From Alkalispirochaeta sp. (GTDB lineage: Bacteria > Spirochaetota > Spirochaetia > DSM-27196 > Alkalispirochaetaceae): a DNA stretch of 64,000 nt. Positions within the stretch are counted from its first letter, which is position 1. The number at the start of each line of letters is the position of its first letter. Below are positions 17,941-27,469 of the stretch, piece after piece. Made by a program: the position numbers and the translations under genes. The notes beneath the pieces are model-generated. The model saw nothing but the letters and a program-made list of their open reading frames with translations. It made no database searches and had not been told where the DNA came from. Location of the stretch: the NCBI GenBank assembly GCA_965242725.1, contig CBDESZ010000016.1, forward strand, positions 64,001 through 128,000. The letters are read 5' to 3'.

Positions 17941-18720
17941 TCAGGCGAGGATCAGCTCCACTCCGAGGTCCCGGATCTTCTTCTGATCCTCCCCGGAGAG
18001 GCCGGTGTCGGTAATGATCGTATCAAAGTCGGAGAGCTCCGCAAAAAAGGACTGAAAGACGCGGCCGAACTTTGAAGAGTCTGCAAGGAGGATGCGCTCT
18101 TCCGCGGTGGCCATGATCGCCTGTTTGGTACGCCCCTCCACGGTGAGGGATGTCACACCCAGCTGATGGTGCACCCCCGCCGCGGCGACAAAGGACTTGT
18201 TTGCGCGGTTGCGCCTGATGAGCTCGATCCCCTCGGCGCTCTCAAAGAGCATCGTCTCGGGGTGGTAGTAGCCCCCGGCAAAGACGAGCCGGGCATTTTT
18301 CAGCTTGGAGACGTGGAGCAGGATGTTGAGGTTGTAACAGAGAATGGTGACGGGGAGTGTCGGGGGTATGGCCCGGGCGAGGCACTCCGTCGTGGAACCG
18401 GTGTCGATAATGATCGTATCGTCCGGCTCGATCATCGCCGCGGCGCGGCGGCCGATACGATCTTTCTCTTCAGTATGCCGGGAACCGGCGGCGATGAGTG
18501 AATATTCCAGGGGGTGATCCTCGCCCTCCGGTGAGGTACTCCCGTTATAGAGGACGCCGCCGTGAAAGACGCGTACCGCTCCGCGGTCTTCCAGGACGGC
18601 AAGGTCGCGACGGATCGTCATGGTGGATACGTCGAAGTGTTCCGCCAGCTCATGGATCGTCGAGGTGTTGTAGATCCTGAGGTATTTGACGATATCGCTG
18701 ACTCTGTCTGCCCGTTTCAC
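17941..18720 (-). CDS. deoR: DeoR/GlpR-family repressor, DeoR-like
   Basis: HTH LAEHFDVSTMTIRRDL; sensor-domain motifs IDTGSTT, CYNLN, AAGVH, DSSKFG. Adjacent to a deoC operon. Confidence 0.88.
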   Translation of the reverse strand: MKRADRVSDIVKYLRIYNTSTIHELAEHFDVSTMTIRRDLAVLEDRGAVRVFHGGVLYNGSTSPEGEDHPLEYSLIAAGSRHTEEKDRIGRRAAAMIEPDDTIIIDTGSTTECLARAIPPTLPVTILCYNLNILLHVSKLKNARLVFAGGYYHPETMLFESAEGIELIRRNRANKSFVAAAGVHHQLGVTSLTVEGRTKQAIMATAEERILLADSSKFGRVFQSFFAELSDFDTIITDTGLSGEDQKKIRDLGVELILA

Positions 18721-18729
18721 CGTTCCCCG

Positions 18730-19689
18730 TTACGTCCCTTCCTCCGTATGCAGCCAGCACGCCACGGTGTGTCCCTCTTCGGTGAGGACCGTCGGCGGAT
18801 AGTGGGCGTGACACTTGTCGGTGGCAAAGGGGCAGCGCGGCGCAAAGTGGCATCCCGGGGGCGGGTTTATGGGAGAGGGAACGTCACCTTCAATTGCCTT
18901 CACGCTCTTGCCACGGTCCTCCATCGCCGTGCTTGGAAATGCGCTGATCAGCGCCTGGGTGTAGGGATGGAGTGGTTTGTCCATGATCGTCCGCTTGGAC
19001 GCCGATTCCACGATGCGGCCCAGGTACATGACGATAATTCGGTCGCTCACAAATTCGACCACCGAAAGATCGTGGCTGATGAAGACGTAGGTGAGGTCCC
19101 GCTCCTCCTTCAGATCGAGGAGAAGATTGATGATCTGCGCCTGGATACTCACGTCAAGGGCGCTTACCGCCTCGTCAAGGACGATCAGTTCAGGGTCCAG
19201 CATGAGGGCCCGGGCGACGCCGATGCGCTGTTTCTGTCCGCCCGAGAACTGATGGGGATAGCGGTTCTTGTACTGCGTGTTGATGCCCGTCTCGGTGAGG
19301 ATCGCCTCCACCTTGCTGCGCCACTCCGCCCGGTCGCCGACGCCGTGAACACGAAGGGCCTGGCTGAGCAGGTCTTCCACCCGCTTCCGGGGGTTGAGGC
19401 TTGACGAGGGATCCTGGAATACCATCGCCGTGCGGCGTCGGAAATCCTTGAGTTCCTTCTTGTCCAGCGAAAAGGGATCGACGTCGTAAAAGGTGATCTC
19501 CCCCTCAACCTTCTCCTCAAGTCGCAGGAGTGTGCGCCCCAGGGTGGACTTGCCGCATCCCGATTCGCCGACGACACCGAGAACCTCGCCCTTCCGGACG
19601 GTGAAGCTCACGCCGTCGACGGCCTTTACTACCGAGTCTCCCACCTTGAAGTGGGTTTTCACGTTTTCTACTTTCAGAATCTCAGACAT
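18730..19689 (-). CDS. dppF: Dipeptide/oligopeptide ABC ATPase
   Basis: GESGCGKST, YPHQFSGGQKQR, DEAVSALD, C-terminal PSPINPPPGCHFAPRC. Confidence 0.9.
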   Translation of the reverse strand: MSEILKVENVKTHFKVGDSVVKAVDGVSFTVRKGEVLGVVGESGCGKSTLGRTLLRLEEKVEGEITFYDVDPFSLDKKELKDFRRRTAMVFQDPSSSLNPRKRVEDLLSQALRVHGVGDRAEWRSKVEAILTETGINTQYKNRYPHQFSGGQKQRIGVARALMLDPELIVLDEAVSALDVSIQAQIINLLLDLKEERDLTYVFISHDLSVVEFVSDRIIVMYLGRIVESASKRTIMDKPLHPYTQALISAFPSTAMEDRGKSVKAIEGDVPSPINPPPGCHFAPRCPFATDKCHAHYPPTVLTEEGHTVACWLHTEEGT

Positions 19690-20716
19690 GTTCGGATTGC
19701 TCCTTCGCTGCGGCAGATGCCGTCGCCGGTTCCGGCGGCCCGTCGGGGTACCAGCACCACGCAAGGTGATCGCCGCCCTCGGAAAAGGAATCGGGGAATT
19801 CCGTGACGCACCGCTGGCCCCGGTTGGGACAGCGGTTTACAAAGGGACAGCCGTCGCCAAGAGTACGCAAATCGGGGACCGTTCCGGGGATGGCCTCAAG
19901 CCGCCGGGCGCCGCGATACTTCGGATTTCCCGGAAGGCTGTTGAGAAGTCCCCGCGTGTAGGGATGACGGGGGGCGGTAAAGACCTGCTCCACGCTCCCC
20001 TGCTCCACCGCCCGTCCGGCGTACATCACCGTCGTCCGATGGGCGACCTGGGCCACGACGCCCATGTCGTGGGTAATGAGCAGAATGGAAACGCCGATCT
20101 TCTTCTGCAGCTCCGACAGGAGGTGCAGAATCTGCGCCTGAATGGTGACGTCCAGGGCGGTTGTCGGCTCATCGGCGATGATGAGGCCCGGCTCGGGACT
20201 TGCAAGCGCCATGGCGATCATAACGCGCTGTCGCATGCCGCCGCTCAGCTGATGGGCATATTCATCGGCCCGTTTTTCAGGCTCGGGAATCTTGACGAGA
20301 TCCAGCAGTTCCACCGCCTTCTTCCACGCGCTCTTTGAATCCAGTTTATGGTGAACGCGAAAGACGTCGGCAATCTGCTCTCCGATTTTAAAGACGGGAT
20401 TGAGACTGGTCATGGGTTCCTGAAAGATCATGCTTATCCGCACGCCCCGGAGCGCCCGATGGTCCCTGGGGGGAATCTGCAACAGATCGCGACCGTCAAA
20501 GAAGATTTCGCCCCGTTCAATCCGCGCCGGCGGAACGGGGAGAAGGCCCGTAATGGCGTGGGCGGTGACACTCTTGCCGCACCCCGACTCGCCGACGAGG
20601 GCGACCGTTTCGCCCTTCCGTATTTCCAGGTCGATGCCCCTGACGGCGCGTACGACACCGCGGACGGTATGAAAACTGACGTGGAGATCGTTTATCTTAA
20701 GCAGCGTTTCGCTCAT
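19682..20716 (-). CDS. dppD: Dipeptide/oligopeptide ABC ATPase
   Basis: GESGCGKS, FQEPMTSLNP, LSGGMRQR, ADEPTTALD. Start MSETLLK at 20716. Confidence 0.9.
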   Translation of the reverse strand: MSETLLKINDLHVSFHTVRGVVRAVRGIDLEIRKGETVALVGESGCGKSVTAHAITGLLPVPPARIERGEIFFDGRDLLQIPPRDHRALRGVRISMIFQEPMTSLNPVFKIGEQIADVFRVHHKLDSKSAWKKAVELLDLVKIPEPEKRADEYAHQLSGGMRQRVMIAMALASPEPGLIIADEPTTALDVTIQAQILHLLSELQKKIGVSILLITHDMGVVAQVAHRTTVMYAGRAVEQGSVEQVFTAPRHPYTRGLLNSLPGNPKYRGARRLEAIPGTVPDLRTLGDGCPFVNRCPNRGQRCVTEFPDSFSEGGDHLAWCWYPDGPPEPATASAAAKEQSEHV

Positions 20717-20727
20717 TCTTTGTATCC

Positions 20728-21630
20728 TTAATCTTTCATCCGCGGATCGAGCACGTCCCGCAGGCCGTCGCCGAAGAGGTTGAAGCCGAGCACCGCGAGG
20801 AGTGTTGCGATACCGGGAAAGGTGACGATCCACCACGCGCTCGTCACAAACTCCCGACTGGAGGCGATCATGAGCCCCCATTCCGGCGTCGGCGGCTGCG
20901 CCCCCAGGCCGAGGAAGCTCAGCGCCGCCGAGGAGAGTATCGCCTCACCAACACCCAGCGTCGCCTGAACGATCACCGGGGCGAGGCTGTTTGGCAGGAT
21001 GGAACCGAACATCAGTTCAAAATCGCCGGTGCCGAGGCTCCGCTCGGCAAGGACGTAATCGGCTTCCTTCTCGGCGAGTACCGATGCCCGTACAAGCCTG
21101 ACGTACCGCGGCATCTGGCTGATACCGATGGCGATCATCGCGTTGGTCAGGCTCGGTCCAAGGACGGCGACGATGACGATGGTCAGGAGGACATAGGGAA
21201 AGGCGAGCATGATATCGATAAAGCGCATGACGATACGGTCAAAGAGGCCGCCGTAGTACCCGGAAACCGTCCCCAGTGCGACGCCGCCGATCATGGCGAT
21301 ACCTACCGAGACGATACCGATAGTCATGCTCAACCGCGCACCGTATATGATTCGACTCAGAAGATCCCGTCCCAGATCGTCGGTCCCGAGGAGACCGAGG
21401 CCGCTGAAGGGCGGGCTCTTGCGGATCGAAATATTCTGTGCCACCGGATCCGCCGGCGCGATGAGGGGAGCCAGGATCGCCACCGTTACAAAGACGATGA
21501 TGATAAGCAACCCCGCAATGGCCGCCTTGTTCTGGCGCAGACGCGTCCAGTTTTCCTGAAAGGGAGTGAGATCCGCAGGAGCGCCCTCAGCTTCCGGAAT
21601 CGTTTCAATCAGTTCACTTGTATCAGACAT
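20728..21630 (-). CDS. dppC: Dipeptide ABC permease
   Basis: LGTDDLGRDLLSRIIYGAR, LSFLGLGAQPPTPEWG, FNLFGDGLRDVLDP. Confidence 0.92.
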   Translation of the reverse strand: MSDTSELIETIPEAEGAPADLTPFQENWTRLRQNKAAIAGLLIIIVFVTVAILAPLIAPADPVAQNISIRKSPPFSGLGLLGTDDLGRDLLSRIIYGARLSMTIGIVSVGIAMIGGVALGTVSGYYGGLFDRIVMRFIDIMLAFPYVLLTIVIVAVLGPSLTNAMIAIGISQMPRYVRLVRASVLAEKEADYVLAERSLGTGDFELMFGSILPNSLAPVIVQATLGVGEAILSSAALSFLGLGAQPPTPEWGLMIASSREFVTSAWWIVTFPGIATLLAVLGFNLFGDGLRDVLDPRMKD

Positions 21631-21651
21631 GTTAGCTTCCGTGTTCCTTTA

Positions 21652-22668
21652 TTACTGAAGGCGGATCCGCGGGTTCACCACGGAGTAGAGTACATCCACC
21701 AGGAGGTTTATCAGCACGAATACGGTGGAAACGACGATGACCCCCGCCTGTACCGCCGGATAATCCCGGGCGGCGATGGCGTTATAGAGCCACCTTCCGA
21801 TGCCGGGCCAGGCAAATATCGTCTCTGTGAGAATCGCTCCCGCAAGAAGGAGTCCAAACTGGATACCCACCACGGTGATGATCGGCAGCAGCGCATTTTT
21901 CAGGGCGTACCTGAAGATCACCCGCCGTTCCGGCAGCCCCGCGGCGCGGGCGGTCTTTACGTAATCCTGCCGGAGCGTCTCCAGCATGCTGCTGCGGGTG
22001 GTGCGGGCGATGATTGCAAGTGGAATTGTCGCGAGGGCGATGGCGGGAAGGACGATGTGCCTGAGAGCACTGAGGAAATACTGGGGATCCCCCTCCTTGA
22101 CCATGAGAATCAGCCCGTCAAGGAGATAGAGGCGGGTGATGGGCTCAAAGAAGAGGCGGACATTCATCCTGCCGCCGGTGGGGAACCAGCCCAGACCGAC
22201 ACTGAATATCATGATAAAGACGAGGGCGAGCCAGAAGACGGGCATACTTACCCCCACCAGGGCCCCCACCATCGCGGTGTAGTCGATCCAGGAGTTCTTT
22301 TTCACCGCGGAAATGACGCCGATGAGAATGCCTATCGTCGTGGCGAGAAACATCGCCACCAGCGCCAGCTCCACCGTGGCGGGAAAGAGCTGGCCGATTT
22401 CTTCCATGACGGGGCGTCCCGTCTTGATGGACTGTCCAAAATCGAGCTGGACCGCTCTCCCGAGGTAGCGCACGTATTGCTCCCCGAGGGGGCGGTCAAG
22501 TCCGAGTTCCTGTCGCAGCTGCTCCAGTTGTTCCGCGTTGGCGCGCTCGCCAAGCATGACCCGGGCGGGATCGCCGGGGCTCAGGGCGACCATGAAAAAA
22601 ACGATGGTAAGAACGCCGATGAGGGTGGGGATGAGGAGGAGCAGCCGTCGGGTAATGTATTTCAGCAT
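21652..22668 (-). CDS. dppB: Dipeptide ABC permease
   Basis: PGDPA, GLDRPL..QY, DYVKTARAAG, ETIFAWPGIG, NPRIR. Confidence 0.92.
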   Translation of the reverse strand: MLKYITRRLLLLIPTLIGVLTIVFFMVALSPGDPARVMLGERANAEQLEQLRQELGLDRPLGEQYVRYLGRAVQLDFGQSIKTGRPVMEEIGQLFPATVELALVAMFLATTIGILIGVISAVKKNSWIDYTAMVGALVGVSMPVFWLALVFIMIFSVGLGWFPTGGRMNVRLFFEPITRLYLLDGLILMVKEGDPQYFLSALRHIVLPAIALATIPLAIIARTTRSSMLETLRQDYVKTARAAGLPERRVIFRYALKNALLPIITVVGIQFGLLLAGAILTETIFAWPGIGRWLYNAIAARDYPAVQAGVIVVSTVFVLINLLVDVLYSVVNPRIRLQ

Positions 22669-22763
22669 GGTTTCCGTATCTTATCGTTGGAGGGTAGAAA
22701 AGAAAAGCAGCCCGGTCTCGAGGACCGGACTGCCGCTGCAGTTACACTGCCGTTATGCAAGGA

Positions 22764-24371
22764 TCAGTTGTCAAGCCATACGTCGTAGAAAACGCGCTTA
22801 CCCGTAGGATAGATCACGAAGTCACGGACGTGGCTGCGAACGGGAACGGTAACGACCGAGTGCGCCACGGGTACCCACGGTGCCTGGTCGTGAAAGACTT
22901 CCTGCGCCTCTTCATAGAGTTCTACACGCCGATCGTAGTCGAAGGTTGTCTTCGCCTCTTCAATAAGGGCGTCAAACTCGTCGTTCCGCCAGAATGCGAT
23001 ATTACCGGCGGGCACTTCTGCGGCGTCGCTTGAAAGGAGCACGTAGAGGAAGTTGTCGGGATCACCGTTGTCACCGGTCCAGCCGAGGAGCGCCATTTGG
23101 TGCTCACCGCTGTCGGTGCGGTCCAGGTACGTTCCCCAGTCAAAACTGACGATCTCCGCTTCGATTCCCACTTCGGCAAGGTTCGCCTGTGCAATTTCCG
23201 CAACGGTACGTCCGTCGGGGAAGTAGGGGCGGCTCACCGGCATCGCCCACAGATCGGTTTCAAAACCGTCGGGGTAGCCCGCTTCGGCCAGGAGTTCCCG
23301 GGCGCGTTCGGGATCGTACTCGTAGTCTTCGATCTCTTCGTTGTAGCTCCACATCGTCGGAGGAATCGGGTTCTTGGCAACCTGTCCGGCACTGCCGAAT
23401 ACGGCGTCGATGATGTCCTGCTTGTTGATCGCGTGGTTGACGGCACGACGAACGAGCACGTTACCGAAGGGTTCCTTGTCGTTGTTCATCGCGATGTAAC
23501 CCACGTTGAGACCGGGCTGCTGAATCAACTCGATATTGCCGTCAGCCTCCATCGCTTCCAGATCCTCGGGAGAGGGGAAGTCGATCACGTCCACTTCACC
23601 ACTCTGAAGAGCGAGATAGCGGGCGGTCGCATCGGGAATCACCCGAAGGATGAGCCGGTCCAGGTACGCGGGACGGCGCCAGTAGTCGGCATTCCGCTCA
23701 AGAACGATGCGGTCGTCCTTTACCCATTCAACAAACTTGAAGGGACCGGTTCCGACGGGGTTGTTCTTGAAATCCTCTCCCAGTTCCGCAACTGCCGTGG
23801 GACTTACGATCGCCGCAAAGTCCATCGCCAGGTTGGCGAGGAAGGGAGCTTCAACCTTCTTGAGGGAGAACTCGACGGTGTAGTCATCGATGACGGTGAT
23901 TTCGTCGATGATGTCTGACATGCCCATGTAACCCCAGTACTTCCAGGGTCCCAGGTCATAGTAGGGGTGATCTTCCAGATACTGGCGATCAAAGCTGAAC
24001 TTCACCGCGTCCGCGTTGAAGGGCGTGCCGTCGTGGAATGTGACGCCTTCCCGCAGATGGAAGGTAAAGGTCAGACCGTCGTCGGCAACGTCCCAGCTCT
24101 CGGCAAGGGCGGGGCGGACTTCCGTCGTACCGGGGACAAACTCGACAAGATTGTCGAAAATCTGTGTGCTTCCGTAGAAACTTTCACCGTCGGTTTCACG
24201 CGCCGGGTCGAGACCGACCGAGTCACCTGAGCGGGCAAAGACAAGAACACCGCCCGACTGGGGACCATCGGCGGACCCGCCGGTTGATCCGGTCGTCTCC
24301 TGTTGTCCGCCGGCAAAGACCATCGCTGACGCCATGATCATTACGATTAGAAATAATATTGAGCGTTTCAT
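22764..24371 (-). CDS. dppA: Dipeptide ABC solute-binding protein (family 5)
   Basis: PALAESW, FHDGTPFNADAV, PVGTGPF, and DppA-type WAMPVSRPY and GWTGDNGDPDNF. Confidence 0.9.
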   Translation of the reverse strand: MKRSILFLIVMIMASAMVFAGGQQETTGSTGGSADGPQSGGVLVFARSGDSVGLDPARETDGESFYGSTQIFDNLVEFVPGTTEVRPALAESWDVADDGLTFTFHLREGVTFHDGTPFNADAVKFSFDRQYLEDHPYYDLGPWKYWGYMGMSDIIDEITVIDDYTVEFSLKKVEAPFLANLAMDFAAIVSPTAVAELGEDFKNNPVGTGPFKFVEWVKDDRIVLERNADYWRRPAYLDRLILRVIPDATARYLALQSGEVDVIDFPSPEDLEAMEADGNIELIQQPGLNVGYIAMNNDKEPFGNVLVRRAVNHAINKQDIIDAVFGSAGQVAKNPIPPTMWSYNEEIEDYEYDPERARELLAEAGYPDGFETDLWAMPVSRPYFPDGRTVAEIAQANLAEVGIEAEIVSFDWGTYLDRTDSGEHQMALLGWTGDNGDPDNFLYVLLSSDAAEVPAGNIAFWRNDEFDALIEEAKTTFDYDRRVELYEEAQEVFHDQAPWVPVAHSVVTVPVRSHVRDFVIYPTGKRVFYDVWLDN

Positions 24372-24495
24372 CGTACCTCCTTTGAAACTATGGCGTTAAC
24401 AGTACCAATCTGAACGAGGACGAGCAAGTATTTTTTTACAGGTTCCCGGTAAATGGAGCTTTTATTCAGCCGACGGACCGGTGAAATCCACGTCC

Positions 24496-24858
24496 TCAGT
24501 GGTGTGCGGAATCAGCACCCGATATAGAACGGCGCCGATATTTCAGTACACGAACCTTTTCCATCGTCACAAGCCCCTCAACGATCCATTCATCCAGAAA
24601 AGGGAGAAGTCGTTCAATCTTGTCCATCGTGTCGACGATTTCGACGATGACGGGCAGATCATCCGAAAGGGCGAGGAGTTTGCTTGCGTGAATACGGCTG
24701 TCGGCGCCGAAGCCGAGTATGCCCCGCGTGACGGTTGCCCCCGCCAGTTCAAGTTCACGCGCCTTCATCACGATCACCTCGTACAGCGGTTTGCCGCGAA
24801 ATCGGTCGTTTTCCCCCAGAAATATCCGCAACAGCGTACACTCTTCAGCGACACCCAT
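24496..24858 (-). CDS. DUF190 (PII-like) protein
   Basis: LRIFLGEND...GATVTRGILGFG...LSDDLPVIVEIVD. Typical crcB partner. Confidence 0.88.
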   Translation of the reverse strand: MGVAEECTLLRIFLGENDRFRGKPLYEVIVMKARELELAGATVTRGILGFGADSRIHASKLLALSDDLPVIVEIVDTMDKIERLLPFLDEWIVEGLVTMEKVRVLKYRRRSISGADSAHH

Positions 24859-24876
24859 CGTTCCTCCTTCGCATTT

Positions 24877-25272
24877 TCATGACAGGACCATCCGTCCAAC
24901 CATCCGCGTCAGATACACCGCCCCCAGACAAGCGCCGAAACCAAGTACCAGATTTGCCGCCAGGTTGAGGACGCCAAACAACCACTCCCCGTCATGGACG
25001 AGGTTGAGCGTCTCAAGGGTAAAGGTCGAAAAGGTGGTCAGGGCTCCGAGAAAGCCGACGCCGATCATTGCCCGTACCGCCGGCGCGATGGTCAGCCATG
25101 TGCTTCCTTCATAGAGAACGCCGATAAGAAAGGAGCCGATGAGATTTGCCGCCAGGGTACCCCAGGGAAAGAGCACCGCCGACCGTTGAGCGATGAAATA
25201 CGCAAGGGAAAAACGGGCGATCGCCCCGAGGGCACCTCCGAGTCCGACGGAGAGGATGTGTGAGAGACTCAT
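24877..25272 (-). CDS. crcB: Fluoride channel Fluc/CrcB
   Basis: GGALGAIARF, FPWGTLAANLIGS, GFLGALTTFSTF. Confidence 0.95.
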   Translation of the reverse strand: MSLSHILSVGLGGALGAIARFSLAYFIAQRSAVLFPWGTLAANLIGSFLIGVLYEGSTWLTIAPAVRAMIGVGFLGALTTFSTFTLETLNLVHDGEWLFGVLNLAANLVLGFGACLGAVYLTRMVGRMVLS

Positions 25273-25357
25273 GTATATGACGGTGCAATAAATGAAGGGG
25301 TGTTACAAGCGCAGGAGCAGCAGAACGCGATCTCCCAGTCCTTTCAAATCGCAATCA

Positions 25358-25400
25358 ACCTAACCAATTTCTAACGTAAATCTCATACAAGACTCATGGG
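25358..25400 (+). promoter_or_regulatory. Pho-box-like array upstream of pstS
   Basis: CTAAC (25360), CTAAC (25371), CTCAT (25382) and CTCAT (25393), at an exact 11-bp period. Confidence 0.7.
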
Positions 25401-25457
25401 CCGCCACTTTCATCAGGGTGTACGGAAAACACACGTTCTTTGAAGGAGGAACAATTG

Positions 25458-26462
25458 ATGAAAAAAGCAATCACCATACTGAGTCTGCTCATGGCGGCGG
25501 GACTCTTATTTGCCGGGGGTCAGCAGGAGGGATCCGGCCGGTCCGGTCAAATGGAAGAGTCCGGCGGCGCGTGGAGCTGGGTTATTGATGACGGCGATTT
25601 TCCCGAGGTAAACGCTCTTGAAGTGCGGGGAAACGTGATCACCGCGGGTAGCTCAACGGTCTTTCCCGCCGCGGAGTATCTGGCCGCCCAGTTTCAGGAT
25701 GAAGGGTACAGCGGAAACATCACCATCGACAGCATCGGTTCAGGCGGCGGCTTTGAACGCTTTACCGTCCAGGGTGAGACGGATGTATCCAACGCCAGCC
25801 GGGCGATACGGGAAAGCGAAATCGAACAGGCCCGTGAGATCGGCCGGGAGCCGATCGAGTTCCGCATCGGCACCGACGCCCTCGCCGTCGTGGTGAATCC
25901 CGCCAACGACTGGGTCTCCGATGTCACCATTGAAGAACTCGCCCGAATCATGACGGCAGACAACTGGAGCGACGTCAATCCGGACTGGCCGGACGAGCCG
26001 GTCCTCAAATTCATTCCCGGCACCGACAGCGGAACCTTTGACTACTTTGTGGAGGAAGTCTTTGACGAAGACGCGGAACCCCTCCTCGCCGCCTCGGATG
26101 TGCAGCTCTCGGAAGACGACAATATTCTCGTCCAGGGTATCGAGGGCAGCCCCTACGCCATAGGGTTCTTCGGCTACGCCTACTACGCGAATGAAGGGGA
26201 CGCACTGAAAATTCTCAGCATCGATGGTGTCGAGGCAAACACGGAGAATGTCGACGCCGGCGACTATCCCCTCGCTCGCCCGCTCTTTATGTACAGCGAT
26301 GCGACGATCATGCGGGAAAAACCGCAGGTTGCGGCGTGGCTCGCCTACGTTCTCAACAACGCCACCGACGGCATGCTGGCGGTCGGGTACTTTGAGGCTC
26401 CCGCCGCAGTGATTGAAGCGGGAAAACAGAAATGGCTCGATGCCGTGGGAGATATGTATTAA
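25458..26462 (+). CDS. pstS: Phosphate ABC solute-binding protein
   Basis: AGSSTVFP, GSGGGF, NASR, PGTDSGTFDYF, SEDDN, YPLARPLF. Confidence 0.93.
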   Translation: MKKAITILSLLMAAGLLFAGGQQEGSGRSGQMEESGGAWSWVIDDGDFPEVNALEVRGNVITAGSSTVFPAAEYLAAQFQDEGYSGNITIDSIGSGGGFERFTVQGETDVSNASRAIRESEIEQAREIGREPIEFRIGTDALAVVVNPANDWVSDVTIEELARIMTADNWSDVNPDWPDEPVLKFIPGTDSGTFDYFVEEVFDEDAEPLLAASDVQLSEDDNILVQGIEGSPYAIGFFGYAYYANEGDALKILSIDGVEANTENVDAGDYPLARPLFMYSDATIMREKPQVAAWLAYVLNNATDGMLAVGYFEAPAAVIEAGKQKWLDAVGDMY

Positions 26463-26496
26463 CAGCTTTCGCAGCGGGATGCCGTTACGATCCGAA

Positions 26497-26530
26497 ACGG
26501 GAGAGGCGTGCCTCTCCCGTCTTTTTCTTT
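26497..26530 (+). terminator. Hairpin plus T-tract between pstS and pstC
   Basis: ACGGGAGAGG-cgtg-CCTCTCCCGT followed by CTTTTTCTTT. Confidence 0.75.
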
Positions 26531-26539
26531 GGAGGTACC

Positions 26540-27469
26540 ATGTCCGATAGTCCGACCACGCCGGAAACGATCGATTTTTCGCCAAGAAGGAGACCCCACG
26601 AGACGGCGATCAAGGGGTTTCTCTTCGGGACGGCGGTCATTTCCGTCTTTATTACAATTGGTATCGCCTTTGAACTGGTAAAGGAGTCGTGGCTCTTTTT
26701 CGGCGATCCCGAGGTCAGTCTCCGGGAGTTTATTTCTTCCACCGAGTGGCAGCCGGTGATCGGACAGTTTGGTATCTGGCCCCTCCTTACCGCGACGCTC
26801 ACGACAAGCATCATCGCCATGCTCGTCGCCTTCCCCCTCGGCCTGATGGTGGCTATTTACCTCAGCGAATATGCGTCCGACCGCGTCCGGAGTACCATCA
26901 AGCCCGTTCTGGAGGTCCTTGCGGGAATTCCGACGGTGGTCTACGGATACTTTGCGGTCACCTTTATGACGCCCCTCCTGCAGTCCATCTTCGGCAACGA
27001 CATTGTGGACGTCTACAATACCGCATCGGCGGGTATCGTCATGGGGATTCTCATTCTGCCCCTCGTATCATCCATGACGGAAGACGCCCTGAGTGCCGTT
27101 CCGCGGAGTCTGCGCATGGGCGCGTACGCCCTCGGTTCGACCAGAATGGAAACCTCCATTCAAATCGTCGTTCCCGCCGCCTTTTCCGGCATCGCCGCGG
27201 CGTTCATCGTCGCCCTCTCCCGGGCCGTCGGCGAGACGATGATCGTCGCCCTCGCGGCGGGGGCGGGTCCCAACTTCACCCTCAATCCCTTTGAAGGCGC
27301 CGAGACGCTCACGGGCTATATCGTCAGGATCAGCGGCGGCGACATCAGCTATAACTCCGTCGACTACAACAGCATCTTTGCCCTGGGCCTGCTGCTCTTT
27401 CTCATCACCCTGACCCTCAACTTCATCAGCCGGCGCATCGTCGAGAAATACCGGGAGGTGTACGAGTGA
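26540..27469 (+). CDS. pstC: Phosphate ABC permease
   Basis: AIYLSEY, LAGIPTVVYG, SRAVGETMIV. ATG 26540 after GGAGG. Confidence 0.93.
   Translation: MSDSPTTPETIDFSPRRRPHETAIKGFLFGTAVISVFITIGIAFELVKESWLFFGDPEVSLREFISSTEWQPVIGQFGIWPLLTATLTTSIIAMLVAFPLGLMVAIYLSEYASDRVRSTIKPVLEVLAGIPTVVYGYFAVTFMTPLLQSIFGNDIVDVYNTASAGIVMGILILPLVSSMTEDALSAVPRSLRMGAYALGSTRMETSIQIVVPAAFSGIAAAFIVALSRAVGETMIVALAAGAGPNFTLNPFEGAETLTGYIVRISGGDISYNSVDYNSIFALGLLLFLITLTLNFISRRIVEKYREVYE

Noticed and set aside
18730..24371. dpp system as the BMC's nucleoside importer
   Set aside because: The binding protein keeps DppA peptide-binding motifs (WAMPVxRPY, GWTGDNGD), so dipeptide transport is the simpler call.
25273..25345. Fluoride riboswitch upstream of crcB
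   Set aside because: Only a loose GGAGATCGCGTTC resemblance. The conserved downstream GCTGATGA-type element and pseudoknot are not visible.
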